Shown: piece after piece, positions 46,836 to 56,554 of the stretch
Numbering within the stretch: position 1 is the stretch's first letter
Layout: every line of letters begins with the position of its first letter
Assembly: GCA_018971305.1 (NCBI GenBank)
Contig: JAGXBC010000002.1
Location: 80,046 to 144,045 of the forward strand
Origin: Patescibacteria group bacterium
GTDB lineage: Bacteria; Patescibacteriota; Minisyncoccia; UBA6257; 2-01-FULL-56-20
Direction: 5' to 3'
DNA: 64,000 bases
The notes under the pieces: model-generated
Database searches by the model: none
What the model saw: the letters and a program-made list of their open reading frames with translations, nothing else
What the model was told of the DNA's origin: nothing
Made by a program: the position numbers and the translations under genes

Positions 46836-48695
46836 ATGAACAATACAAAAGAAGGGCTGTTGGAAAATAAACCGACGGCCCTGCAACAAAAACTAGAACC
46901 CCAGAATCGCTATTGCCTCTACGCAAGGAAATCATCGGAGAGCGAGGAACGTCAGGCGCTATCCATCGACTCGCAGGTCAAAGAAATGTATAAGATCGCG
47001 GAACGCGATCATCTCCTGGTAATCGAAGTGCTGACTGAATCTCACTCCGCAAAAAGCACCGCCCAGCGTCCGGTGTTCAATCAGATGGTCGAGAACGTCA
47101 AGAACGGAAAGTACGACGCAATTCTCACGTGGGCGCCGGATCGTCTGAGCCGCAACGCGGGCGATCTGGGGCAGCTCGTCGATCTCATGGATAACGGTCG
47201 GCTCTCGGAGATCCGCACCTACGGCCAGCTCTTTAAGAACTCGCCGAACGAAAAATTCCTGCTCATGATTCTTTGCAGCCAAGCGAAACTCGAGAACGAC
47301 AACAAGGCGGAAAACGTGAAGCGTGGCCTCCGGGCAGCTTGTGAGCGCGGCTGGCGTCCTTGCGTACCGCCTATTGGTTATATGAGCGGAAACCGCAAGG
47401 ATCGCCCCGGGGAAGTTTTTCTCGATAAGGCGCGTGCGCCGATCTTAAGACTGTGCTTTGAGAAGGCCGCTGAGGGATGGTCGTCAAGGAGAATCGTGGT
47501 TTGGCTTCGCAGCATCAACTTCACAACCCCAAGCGGCGCGTATATGCCGTTGAGCGGCATACAGAAAATGCTCGCGAGCACCTATTATTACGGCATGTTC
47601 GAATATCCGGTGGGCAGCGGTAAATGGTACAAGGGCCATCATAAAGCCTTGATCACGAAGGATCTCTTCGATCGCGCACGAGCGCAGATTGACAGCCGCC
47701 GCACGGCGCGGCGAACTGAGCGGAAATCGTTTGGCTTTACCAAATTTTTGCATTGCGGCTTTTGCGGGTCCAACGTAACGGCAGAAGAACACTACAAAAA
47801 CCTGAAGGATGGATCTCAATCACGCTATATCTATTACGGATGTAATCGCACAAAAGGATTGACGTGTCCTAATGTATATATCCGCGAAGAGTTACTCGTG
47901 AAACAGCTCGCCAATATCATTGATCAAATATCGCTCGATGAACTGGGCATACGCAATCTCCTCGGCAACGAAACGGAACGGATGATGAGCTTCCATAATC
48001 AAGTGATGGGTATTCCGCGCGAGGCGATGACGCCGGAACAGAAAGATGTGGACATCAGGGAATACGCCAAGTATCTTCTCGCGAGGGGCAATATGGAAGA
48101 GAAGCGGATACTCCTCTGCAACCTCAAAAGCCGCCTCGTGCTACGGAACAGAGTAATATTTCTCGAAGAAGCAGACGGCATCTCATGGAAGGAATACTTC
48201 GGGCATCTGCGAAAGTGCCCCGAGTGCGGATCGAAGAACATCAATGAAAGCGGATCGCACGCGCATTGGAAATTCGGCGACGCGCCGATCGATGACACGC
48301 CACGCGTCATTTATTTCACCTGCATGGATTGCGAACGCTCTTGGAAGCAGGTCAACGAAGGCGACCTCCGGCTTTTGCGTGTCTACACCGTCGCGCTCGA
48401 GAAAAACGGAGCATGGATCAAGACGCCCGGCGAATCGGAGATTTTTGTCACGTCTACTTTTGTAGCCCGTTTTAGCGATCCAGTGGAATCCAGTGGGAAA
48501 AAGATACGGCCGAAACATATTCTGGGAGCAATGTCCTATGACGCCTACAAGAACGCTTATAAAACTACGATCGAATACGATGACGGAAGTGAACAGACAT
48601 TCGACATTCCGAGTCTTCGCGGACTTAAGAACCCAGGGGAAGGCATGAAGCCGATCGGCAACAAAGATGGCCTGATGGAATACGAAGAAAAATAG
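46836..48695 (+). CDS. Large serine recombinase (integrase-type, 620 aa), paralog of the 34181-35521 recombinase
   Basis: YARKSSESEERQALSIDSQ / DRLSRNAGDLG closely parallel the first recombinase; C-terminal Zn ribbon CPECGSK...CMDCERSW and long extension. The track ORF starts at GTG 46806; ATG at 46836 preferred. Confidence 0.85.
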   Translation: MNNTKEGLLENKPTALQQKLEPQNRYCLYARKSSESEERQALSIDSQVKEMYKIAERDHLLVIEVLTESHSAKSTAQRPVFNQMVENVKNGKYDAILTWAPDRLSRNAGDLGQLVDLMDNGRLSEIRTYGQLFKNSPNEKFLLMILCSQAKLENDNKAENVKRGLRAACERGWRPCVPPIGYMSGNRKDRPGEVFLDKARAPILRLCFEKAAEGWSSRRIVVWLRSINFTTPSGAYMPLSGIQKMLASTYYYGMFEYPVGSGKWYKGHHKALITKDLFDRARAQIDSRRTARRTERKSFGFTKFLHCGFCGSNVTAEEHYKNLKDGSQSRYIYYGCNRTKGLTCPNVYIREELLVKQLANIIDQISLDELGIRNLLGNETERMMSFHNQVMGIPREAMTPEQKDVDIREYAKYLLARGNMEEKRILLCNLKSRLVLRNRVIFLEEADGISWKEYFGHLRKCPECGSKNINESGSHAHWKFGDAPIDDTPRVIYFTCMDCERSWKQVNEGDLRLLRVYTVALEKNGAWIKTPGESEIFVTSTFVARFSDPVESSGKKIRPKHILGAMSYDAYKNAYKTTIEYDDGSEQTFDIPSLRGLKNPGEGMKPIGNKDGLMEYEEK

Positions 48696-48732
48696 ATCTC
48701 GTTATCTGGATATCTGTTGAACATCCTGTGCA

Positions 48733-48798
48733 TAAACCTGTCCAGATTTTGGACAGGTAGGTCAAACCTGTCCACTTTCTGGACGTCCAGAAAGTGGA
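48733..48798. repeat. Paired palindromes directly 3' of the recombinase: CCTGTCCA-gatt-TTGGACAGG (48736-48756) and a 30-bp perfect palindrome GTCCACTTTCTGGAC|GTCCAGAAAGTGGAC (48769-48798), each preceded by the direct repeat AAACCTGTCCA
   Basis: Direct reading; no T-runs, so not classic terminators; candidate recombinase or DNA-binding sites. Confidence 0.55.
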
Positions 48799-48863
48799 CA
48801 CTACAAAAGAAACTTATATACAAAATAATTATAGCAATAAAAATTGTGGAAAACTCGGAAATA

Positions 48864-50351
48864 CTACACCCAGCAACTCCCGCCGTTGCTCTCCACCCAG
48901 TTTTTCCAGGTATCCCATGCCCGGTCGTTTTCTAGCCCTCCAATGGCATCAATAACCGCCATACTGAAGGCATCGGCAAGGTCATCGTGGTTTTCGATGC
49001 CGAATCCCGTAAGTTGAGAAATGAGTTCTTCCGCGCCGTGGCGTGGGAAAACAATTGTGCCGTTCTGGATAAGTTCTCCGGTAAGAGCCAGCCGCGATCT
49101 CTTATCCCCGGTATTCTTGATGCCTTCAACATTGCAGCCAGCTTCATTTACCGCCTGCACATAAATTTCTTGGAAGCCGTTCGATTCAACGATGAATTTT
49201 GGGCGTATATTCCCCGTTTTGAAATATTTGTCCATCGCCCGCATAGTACGCACCGCCTCCGGAAACGAAACCCGTTCATTGAAAGGGTTCGGAATGACGT
49301 ACAATCGCATATCATTCCCGTGGCCATATCTTTTTATTCCCACCATGGCCGTATAGTCGGCGCCGTCTCTTTGTGAGATTGCAAGATCGACGCCGATATG
49401 GACGTCTCGGCATTCAGTCGTAGGAAGTTCGTCATAATGTTTGATCCACTCCGGGAAGACCACCCGCGTATTGTCGGAAACGATATTCAAAAGATACTCC
49501 TGCTGCCAGGCGATCTCGTTTGCGACGCTATGCCGTAACTCATCGATTTTCTCTTTCGTATCGAACTTGCCCGGCCAGAGGCAGTCGCCGTGTTCGTCGA
49601 GAAGCGGGAACCATAAATAGACACCCCGCAATTCCTTCTCGAATATTTTCCGTTTCAACCGCATCATGAGTGAATCTTCGTGCAAAAGATTTCCCACGAT
49701 CACGATTCGTGTGCCAATGTCGCCCAAGGGTACCACTTCGCGTGTGAACCAATCGAATATCTTGTTTCGGCCCTCCAGCGTTTTCGTAGAGTTGATATCC
49801 TCAATATCGTCCAAGATGAGAAGGTCAGGGCGATGCTCGTAGTGGCGGAGGCCTCGGATACTCTGGTCGATAGAAGCGATCATGATTCTCGCCCCTGTAT
49901 TCTGGAATACGATCGAGGACATGGCCCACTCTCCGGCTGACTCCACGCGAAAAGGGCCGAGGTCGCTTTTGAGGAGCGGGTTGTTCTCTAGCTCTCGGCG
50001 AAGGTTTGCCATATGTTGCCGTGCCTGCGCCTGGGTTTGGCAAATGATAAGGACGAACTTCTTTTTCTGCACGCCGAGGATCGCCCACAACGCATACGAC
50101 AAAGTAATCAGGGTAGATTTGCCGCTGCCTCGAAACGCCACGATGCAAGCCAATCTATTCGACATATCCTCTGTGATTCGAAAAATATCTTTCTGAAATT
50201 CGGCTACCGGGTACTTGATGTAATGCGCGAGATAAACCGAAAAGAAGAGGAGATGGCTTTCGCGGGCAACTGCCTGACGCACGGCGCGGTCGTTCGCGAT
50301 TGCCTCAAGTAAATTATTTTGATTGTTCGTTGTCTGTTCCATGATTTTCAA
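48864..50351 (-). CDS. Phage terminase large subunit
   Basis: Walker A AFRGSGKST, Walker B LLILDDIED, C-terminal RNaseH-like nuclease region; 495 aa. Confidence 0.8.
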   Translation of the reverse strand: MKIMEQTTNNQNNLLEAIANDRAVRQAVARESHLLFFSVYLAHYIKYPVAEFQKDIFRITEDMSNRLACIVAFRGSGKSTLITLSYALWAILGVQKKKFVLIICQTQAQARQHMANLRRELENNPLLKSDLGPFRVESAGEWAMSSIVFQNTGARIMIASIDQSIRGLRHYEHRPDLLILDDIEDINSTKTLEGRNKIFDWFTREVVPLGDIGTRIVIVGNLLHEDSLMMRLKRKIFEKELRGVYLWFPLLDEHGDCLWPGKFDTKEKIDELRHSVANEIAWQQEYLLNIVSDNTRVVFPEWIKHYDELPTTECRDVHIGVDLAISQRDGADYTAMVGIKRYGHGNDMRLYVIPNPFNERVSFPEAVRTMRAMDKYFKTGNIRPKFIVESNGFQEIYVQAVNEAGCNVEGIKNTGDKRSRLALTGELIQNGTIVFPRHGAEELISQLTGFGIENHDDLADAFSMAVIDAIGGLENDRAWDTWKNWVESNGGSCWV

Positions 50352-50763
50352 GATTTATGTTTGCAAGTTCAAGAGCTTTTCGCACCAACTCCTTTTGTTC
50401 AGGAGAAAGTTCTTGGATCGTATTTATGGTTCCCTCGATCTCAAGTTTTGGAGCGTACTTTGGATGGTGATGCCGGAGCCAGAGTTGTACAGCGGGAAAA
50501 TGCTTGTCGCGGACGAGAGAGATGAGTTGGGATTCAGACATGTCGGTAATCAAAGCCTCGCCTTCGGCGATTGCTTTTTCTGCATCCTTCAGAAATTCTT
50601 TGTCCTCGTCCCGCCAGTTGTAGTACGTGGAACGGGAAAGTTGCGCCCGTTCAAGCGCGACCTGCAGAATCGGCATTTTGCGGAATTGATCGAGCAAAGA
50701 TGCCTTGTCTTTTGCCATCCGTTCCGCAATCGCCTTGTTCCAATTTTCCCGAGTATCACTCAT
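50314..50763 (-). CDS. HTH protein, putative terminase small subunit
   Basis: HTH-like QLSRSTYYNWRDEDKEF; overlaps the terminase large-subunit start by 38 nt; assignment by context. Confidence 0.45.
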   Translation of the reverse strand: MSDTRENWNKAIAERMAKDKASLLDQFRKMPILQVALERAQLSRSTYYNWRDEDKEFLKDAEKAIAEGEALITDMSESQLISLVRDKHFPAVQLWLRHHHPKYAPKLEIEGTINTIQELSPEQKELVRKALELANINLENHGTDNEQSK

Positions 50764-52090
50764 TGATCTTCGTGGCTTTGAGGCCCGTTAGTTTCTCGAA
50801 TCGACGCTTGATGACTTCGGCATAGACCGGAGATTTCTCCATGAGACGGCACCGGCGCTTCATCTTCTCGCAGGCGATAAGTGTCGATCCGCTTCCGCCG
50901 AAGGGCTCGATAACGATATCGTCCCGTTTCGTGAGTACTTTGAGGTACGGAATGAGAATCTGAATGGGCTTCGTACCGAAGATGATTCCTTGGCCGGACG
51001 ATTTTTCATCTGCCGCAACATACTCGATGAAATCGGTCGGGCAGATTTTCTTGCCCTTTTCGTACCCTTCCCACTGTGGCTTGCCGGAGGTGGCATAGAG
51101 AGCATTCTCGTATTCCTCTTGGAAAAGAGAATCGGATTCTGGCTCAAGGTTCAACGCAACCTCGCCTTGTGTACCAACGACCGCAATGTCGTTCTTGTTG
51201 AAGAATTTGTACTTCGCCGCAAATCCTTGCACGCGATTCGGCAGGTGCCAGGCGATCGTGTTGCGGTACTTCCAGTGTTTCTCGAGCGCATTCCAAATCG
51301 TGCGGAGATTTTTCGGATGCTCGAAGATGATGATCGAGAAATCCGGTTTCTGGATCTTCGCCACATTCGCCATCCAAAGATCGGAGAAGTTTTCCGGCAA
51401 CTCATCGGTTTCGAGGTATTTGCGATCACGCTTCAAGCCGAAGCCTTCTGTGGCTTTTCCATTCCGCTTCTTGCCATGAAGATAATCCAGGATATACGGA
51501 GGATCGGTGAAACACATGTCCGCTTTTTTCTCGCCCATCAGTTTCAGAACATCGGCCTCGACCGTGGAATCACCGCACATCAATCGGTGCTCGCCCAACT
51601 GCCATAGATCTCCTTTCTGCGTTTCTATTTTCCCGATCTGCAATTTCTGTAATTCTTTCGCGAGATCGAATTCTTCGGGATGTTCGTCGATGCCAAAAAT
51701 CTCATCCATTTCTTCCGACGAGAAGCCGACATCTTTCAGGAATTCCTCGCTGAAGTTCGCGAGCAGGTCCCAATCAAACTCTCCGGTATTTTTGTTGAGT
51801 CGGATATTCAACTCTTGTTCCTGCTTTATGTCTGGAATATTGATGTAGACCGCAGGCACCCTCTCCATCCCGAGTTCCTTCAGAACTTCGAGGCGGAAAT
51901 GGCCTCCGATCACGACGTTTTCTCGACCTGGGGCGCAGTTGACCACAAGCGGATCAACGACCCCGAAGCGGCTGATTGATTCTTTGAGCTGGTCCGCGGC
52001 CGCTTTGTCGTGTTTGCGCGGATTGTACTCAGCAGGCTTCAGGCCTGCGGCTGGCACATACTCGATGTGCAATGGCATGGTGTTTTTCAT
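50756..52090 (-). CDS. ParB/Srx-like nuclease domain fused to a DNA N6/N4 methyltransferase (phage-type)
   Basis: N-terminal ParB-like segment (PLHIEYVPAAGLKPAEYNPRKHD...), C-terminal MTase with DPPY (CFTDPPYILDY) and SAM-binding segment EPFGGSGST. An internal ATG (MKNTMPLH) is preferred over the longer track ORF ending at 52147. Confidence 0.75.
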   Translation of the reverse strand: MKNTMPLHIEYVPAAGLKPAEYNPRKHDKAAADQLKESISRFGVVDPLVVNCAPGRENVVIGGHFRLEVLKELGMERVPAVYINIPDIKQEQELNIRLNKNTGEFDWDLLANFSEEFLKDVGFSSEEMDEIFGIDEHPEEFDLAKELQKLQIGKIETQKGDLWQLGEHRLMCGDSTVEADVLKLMGEKKADMCFTDPPYILDYLHGKKRNGKATEGFGLKRDRKYLETDELPENFSDLWMANVAKIQKPDFSIIIFEHPKNLRTIWNALEKHWKYRNTIAWHLPNRVQGFAAKYKFFNKNDIAVVGTQGEVALNLEPESDSLFQEEYENALYATSGKPQWEGYEKGKKICPTDFIEYVAADEKSSGQGIIFGTKPIQILIPYLKVLTKRDDIVIEPFGGSGSTLIACEKMKRRCRLMEKSPVYAEVIKRRFEKLTGLKATKINE

Positions 52091-52216
52091 GCTTTTAATT
52101 AGTTTATTTTTCGACTTTTTTGTAGGCAACGAAAAACGCCCAGACACGCATCCGTACCCTTGTACAGATGAATGTCTGGGCGTTCCAGACGATGCTCGAT
52201 TCAGTTGTTAACTGCC

Positions 52217-52597
52217 CTACACAGGAAAGTATACCATGGCCTCCTCCCAATACTCAAGCTGCCCATTCTCGTTCACGAACCGCATCCCGCCGGTCACATG
52301 GATAAAGTTGAAGCCCCGGTGGCAGACGGGACAGGCGATGTCGAGGCTGCCGTCGCGGAACTCCGTCTTCACAACCGACTTCTGCCCGCGGTGGAACTTC
52401 ACGATCTCGAATTCCCGGATGCCCGTGCGGCGGACGAGCGGGACCCCGCAGTCGCAGACGAAGAGATTGCCGACGGGCATGGCCTTCCCTGAAGTTGGTG
52501 CTAGTTTCTCCATGCCTGCATTATACCAAACAAGAGCCCGTTTTCCTTCAATTTTGATCCCGCCGGAATATATTTTTGCAGTGGCTGGCGTGGACAA
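52217..52597 (-). CDS. Hypothetical protein with Cys pairs (CDC...CPVC; possible zinc ribbon)
   Basis: ORF; followed on the minus strand by a long GC stem (52135-52184) plus T-rich tail. Confidence 0.4.
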   Translation of the reverse strand: MSTPATAKIYSGGIKIEGKRALVWYNAGMEKLAPTSGKAMPVGNLFVCDCGVPLVRRTGIREFEIVKFHRGQKSVVKTEFRDGSLDIACPVCHRGFNFIHVTGGMRFVNENGQLEYWEEAMVYFPV

Positions 52598-52695
52598 TTT
52601 AATGACCTACCCTCGGTGGGACGTTATGCCTTCCAATTTATTCGATTTCGGATTATTGTCATAAAATCGTCATCTTTGAGAGTCATATTGTAACC

Positions 52696-53367
52696 ATGAA
52701 AGTCCTCATCGTAGAAGACAACGAAAAATTAGCTCAATCGCTTAAGCGCGGCCTTGAACAGGAAGGCTTCTCTGCCGACTACCTTCTCGACGGCGAATCA
52801 GGACAAAGAAGAATCGAAACCAAGTCTGATGCCTACAACGCAGTCGTATTGGACATTATGCTTCCCCAAAAAGACGGACTCGCGGTTTGCAGGGATTTGC
52901 GTGCGCAAAATATTTCCATACCGATTCTTATGCTCACCGCAAAGGACACCATCCCCGACAAGATCACCGGCCTCAACGTCGGCGCAGACGATTATCTCGT
53001 AAAGCCGTTCTCCTTCGACGAACTCGTGGCTCGATTGCACGTATTGATGCGCCGCACCCGTTCCGTGTATACCCATGAGTTGAATCTGAACAACGTCCGC
53101 CTGAACCCCCTCACGCGCCGCGTGTTCAAAAACGATAAGGAGATTAAATTGACTCAGAAAGAATTCGCCATCTTGGCTTACTTTATGCGGAATCCCGACA
53201 GAGTTCTCAACCGACAAGAGATTCTTGATCACGTATGGGATTATGATTTCACGACCTTCAGCAATCTTGTGGACGTGAAAATAAAAAACCTGCGCAAGAA
53301 AATCGATCCGAAAGGAAAAATCATCGAAACCGTATGGAACGTGGGGTACCGGTTCAATAAACAATAG
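52696..53367 (+). CDS. Two-component response regulator, OmpR family
   Basis: Receiver domain (VEDNEKLAQ...LDIMLP..D phosphoacceptor region), C-terminal winged-helix (NKQ...VWNVGYRF). Confidence 0.85.
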   Translation: MKVLIVEDNEKLAQSLKRGLEQEGFSADYLLDGESGQRRIETKSDAYNAVVLDIMLPQKDGLAVCRDLRAQNISIPILMLTAKDTIPDKITGLNVGADDYLVKPFSFDELVARLHVLMRRTRSVYTHELNLNNVRLNPLTRRVFKNDKEIKLTQKEFAILAYFMRNPDRVLNRQEILDHVWDYDFTTFSNLVDVKIKNLRKKIDPKGKIIETVWNVGYRFNKQ

Positions 53368-53369
53368 CT

Positions 53370-54332
53370 ATGTTCAAGAAAGCCAGACTCAAGCTCACTG
53401 CCTTTTATCTTCTCATCATCGTCGTGATCATCACGGCGTTCAGCTTGCTGCTATTCCGCTATACCGCCCAGCATCTGCGTGACAACATGGAAGAGGACTC
53501 TTCCCAGCGAGTCGCCGTTCTTGAACGGACAATCGGCGAACTGGGCTATGCCATCATCATCGCGGATGGCATCGTCATCGCATTTGCGGGACTTTTGAGC
53601 TACTGGCTTGCCGGAAGGACGTTGGAGCCGATTGGTGTTGCGCTTGAGGCGCAGGAGCAATTCAGCGCCAATGCTTCTCATGAATTGCGCACTCCCTTGT
53701 CCGTAGTAAAAAACGACGTCGAGGTTTTCTTGAAGAAACAACAGCCGACGATGGAGGATGCCAAAGCGGTTGCTTCGCGCAGTCTTGAAGAAATAGACCG
53801 CATGAGCGGCATGGTCGAAAACTTGCTCACGCTCGCACGCAGCAAGAAAACCGATGTTCCCATCGAACTTGAAGAAACCAATGTGGCAAAAGCCATAGAT
53901 GTCGCCGTGAAAAAACTCCAGCGTTCAGCCGAAGCCAAGCACTTATCGCTTGTCGTCAAAAAAGAAAACGTCGCCCTTGTGCTGGGTAACGAACGGCTGC
54001 TTGAACAATTATTTTTCAATCTGATCCAGAATGCCATCACGTATACCAAAGAAGGAAGTGTTACGGTGGCCATCACGGCTTCAAAAGTCGTTACCGTTCA
54101 AGTTGCAGATACCGGCATCGGCATTGATCAAAAAGAGCTCGGACACATTTTCGAGCCGTTTTATAAAGCGGATGCATCTCGTACCTCACGTTCCAATGGG
54201 GTTGGCCTCGGACTCGCGATCGTGAAAGAGATTGTCGATAAACATAAAGGATCCATCCAGGTCGAGAGCGCACCGGGCAAGGGCACCGAGGTTACGGTTA
54301 CGTTCCCTTTGTGGGATGAAAAGGCGTCATAG
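53370..54332 (+). CDS. Sensor histidine kinase, intramembrane-sensing type (two TM helices with a minimal extracellular loop)
   Basis: H-box SHELRTPL, N-box and G-boxes (DTGIGI, GVGLGLAIVK); short N-terminal 2-TM sensor. Confidence 0.8.
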   Translation: MFKKARLKLTAFYLLIIVVIITAFSLLLFRYTAQHLRDNMEEDSSQRVAVLERTIGELGYAIIIADGIVIAFAGLLSYWLAGRTLEPIGVALEAQEQFSANASHELRTPLSVVKNDVEVFLKKQQPTMEDAKAVASRSLEEIDRMSGMVENLLTLARSKKTDVPIELEETNVAKAIDVAVKKLQRSAEAKHLSLVVKKENVALVLGNERLLEQLFFNLIQNAITYTKEGSVTVAITASKVVTVQVADTGIGIDQKELGHIFEPFYKADASRTSRSNGVGLGLAIVKEIVDKHKGSIQVESAPGKGTEVTVTFPLWDEKAS

Positions 54333-54419
54333 TTCTGTCATATCCATCCTATAGGGTTAAAAATATATGCCTTTCGGTCGATAGGCATATATTATCAAAC
54401 AACTATCAACTTTTATGAT

Positions 54420-54764
54420 ATGAATAAAAAATTATTGATGCTCGTCGGACTCATCGCTCTCGTCGTTGGCGGAGCGAGCACTATCGCGTTTCAATCCCAC
54501 GCGCAGAAAGCGTCGGATCAATCGGGAACTACCGACACTTCGACCGTGACGGCCGCGCCGTCGCAGGAAAATAAAGCGGGCGATACCGATAATATCCAAG
54601 ACCAAAAAGGAGGCCCAGAAAAACCCGATGCCGCAATCTCGGAGAACGCTGACAAGGAAACTAACGACAGCCAGGATGCCACCTCGACGGTAAAACAAAG
54701 CGATTCACAGGATCACGGCGAAAGCAACGCTACCAGTACCGGTGAAACGGAAAACGGCGATTAG
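54420..54764 (+). CDS. Small secreted acidic low-complexity protein
   Basis: Signal peptide then D/E/S/T-rich sequence; followed by an intrinsic terminator. Confidence 0.45.
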   Translation: MNKKLLMLVGLIALVVGGASTIAFQSHAQKASDQSGTTDTSTVTAAPSQENKAGDTDNIQDQKGGPEKPDAAISENADKETNDSQDATSTVKQSDSQDHGESNATSTGETENGD

Positions 54765-54781
54765 CGAATCACTGAAATCAG

Positions 54782-54812
54782 AAAGCCCCGGCGGGAGCCG
54801 GGGCTTTTCTTA
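54782..54812 (+). terminator. Rho-independent terminator AAAGCCCCGGC-GGGA-GCCGGGGCTTT + TCTTAT
   Basis: 11-bp GC-rich stem with GNRA-like loop and U-rich tail, 18 nt after the stop. Confidence 0.65.
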
Positions 54813-54909
54813 TCCCGCAGACCTTAAAGAATTGTCATAAATGCGTCATTTCTAACTGTGAAGATAAAGGAGTCGTTATCTTATTATAAAAAACCAATAA
54901 AAAAATTTT

Positions 54910-55734
54910 ATGCCAGAAAGCCATACTGCGTCCTCGGTCGGCCATCAACTATTGCGGAAGGTTCCGCAAATCACGATCTTCTTTTGGATAATTAAAGTCC
55001 TCTGCACAACCGTTGGTGAAACCGCTGCGGATTTTTTGAGCACGAGCCTTAATCTCGGGCTGACTACGACCACGTGGATCATGAGCGCGCTCTTGATCTT
55101 CGTGTTGTTTTTCCAGTTCAAATCAAAAAAATACGTACCGGGGCTCTACTGGCTCGTGGTCGTTCTGATCAGCATCGTCGGCACCCAAATTACCGACAAC
55201 CTAACGGATAATTTGGGAGTTTCCCTAGCGACAACGACCATCATCTTCAGTATTGTCTTGGCAGTGGTTTTCGCGGTATGGTTCCTGATCGAAAAAACCT
55301 TGTCGATCCACTCGATTTATACGAGGCAACGAGAGGCATTCTACTGGTTAGCCATTCTCTTCACCTTCGCGGTGGGCACGGCAGCAGGAGATCTTGTGGC
55401 GGAAAAATTCGCCCTTGGATACCTTACGGCGCTAGGCATATTCGCCGGTTTGATTACAGTCGTGACTGCCGCGCATTATATCTTTAAAGCTATCTTGGGT
55501 ATGGAGCATAGGCATTTTTCCAGGAACGCAGTCTTGGCTTTCTGGCTGGCCTATATTCTGACGCGTCCTCTCGGTGCTTCAATCGGCGATTATCTCTCGC
55601 AAGCTCAAAGCGATGGTGGTCTAGGATTAGGAACTGTTGTGACCAGCGCAATCTTCCTTGGAGCAATTTTGATTACCGTTATCTACCTTACCGTCACGAA
55701 AAAAGACGTGGACAAGACTAAGGAACTGGCGTGA
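54910..55734 (+). CDS. Polytopic membrane protein with internal two-fold repeat
   Basis: Repeated segments IKVLCTTVGETAADFLS... / FTFAVGTAAGDLVAEKF...; ~8 TM helices. Confidence 0.5.
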   Translation: MPESHTASSVGHQLLRKVPQITIFFWIIKVLCTTVGETAADFLSTSLNLGLTTTTWIMSALLIFVLFFQFKSKKYVPGLYWLVVVLISIVGTQITDNLTDNLGVSLATTTIIFSIVLAVVFAVWFLIEKTLSIHSIYTRQREAFYWLAILFTFAVGTAAGDLVAEKFALGYLTALGIFAGLITVVTAAHYIFKAILGMEHRHFSRNAVLAFWLAYILTRPLGASIGDYLSQAQSDGGLGLGTVVTSAIFLGAILITVIYLTVTKKDVDKTKELA

Positions 55735-55746
55735 GAACTAACATAA

Positions 55747-56355
55747 ATGAATAAAAAAGTTATCGCCATATTCGTCATCACGATTGCTGCGCTCGCCATG
55801 CTGTGGGCATACGCGTTTGGGCCTCTTTCGGGAACGATAACCCCAAAAGCGAATCCCGCCTCACTTCAGCCGACCGCAACACAGACGACGGTGAATAACC
55901 AAAACGTCGCGTTCAATGCGTATCATAATCGCGATCTCGCGGAAAACTTCTATACGATCAAGTTCCCGCAAACGTGGCAATCGCAGTCGTCGACCCAAGT
56001 CGGGAGTTATCAATTCACATTCAGCAACGGGAGCGGCTCCGCGGGGCTTCAGGATGTAGCCGACAACACGACACTCGAACTGTTTGTTTTAAGCCAAGAT
56101 GAGCCGAATTTCAAAAAGACCGTTCCCGGATACAGTCGCATCAATTACCAGAAAATATCGGTGAACGGCAATGACGCATACCAGTTGACGTATCACAGCA
56201 CTGCGAGCGGCTCGGATTACGAGACGGTAAAGACATACATCGCAGGTGTGGATCATGCCGCCGTAATCACTCTCGCTGCGAAGCAGAGCGACTTCGCAAA
56301 TATGCAGCCGCTTTTCACATCCATCTTGAACAGCTTCCAATGGGAGAATAAATGA
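55747..56355 (+). CDS. Hypothetical exported protein (202 aa)
   Basis: Signal/TM anchor; no motif. Confidence 0.45.
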   Translation: MNKKVIAIFVITIAALAMLWAYAFGPLSGTITPKANPASLQPTATQTTVNNQNVAFNAYHNRDLAENFYTIKFPQTWQSQSSTQVGSYQFTFSNGSGSAGLQDVADNTTLELFVLSQDEPNFKKTVPGYSRINYQKISVNGNDAYQLTYHSTASGSDYETVKTYIAGVDHAAVITLAAKQSDFANMQPLFTSILNSFQWENK

Positions 56356-56356
56356 C

Positions 56357-56554
56357 ATGAGACAAATCTTCCTTTTCGTTTCGCTTGCGGTGTTGGGATT
56401 CGGATTCTACCTCAAGTTTTTCTATGACGTGCCCGACAGCCAGATCCAGATCAATTTCTTCGTGAGCTGGTTTTTAATCATCGTGGGCGGCGCAAGCATT
56501 TCGATGAATCTTTTCTGGAGCGGTTCCAAAAGGAAGAACAATAACGATGCCTGA
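56357..56554 (+). CDS. Small membrane protein (65 aa), overlaps the ABC ATPase start
   Basis: Two TM helices; ATGA-type coupling with the previous stop; 8-nt overlap with the next gene. Confidence 0.4.
   Translation: MRQIFLFVSLAVLGFGFYLKFFYDVPDSQIQINFFVSWFLIIVGGASISMNLFWSGSKRKNNNDA

Noticed and set aside
54363-54392. Palindrome ATATATGCCT-N10-AGGCATATAT between the kinase gene and the secreted-protein gene, considered as a terminator
   Set aside because: Pure A/T-rich outer stem and no U-tract; weak as an intrinsic terminator. Kept only as a possible operator, mentioned under the TCS finding
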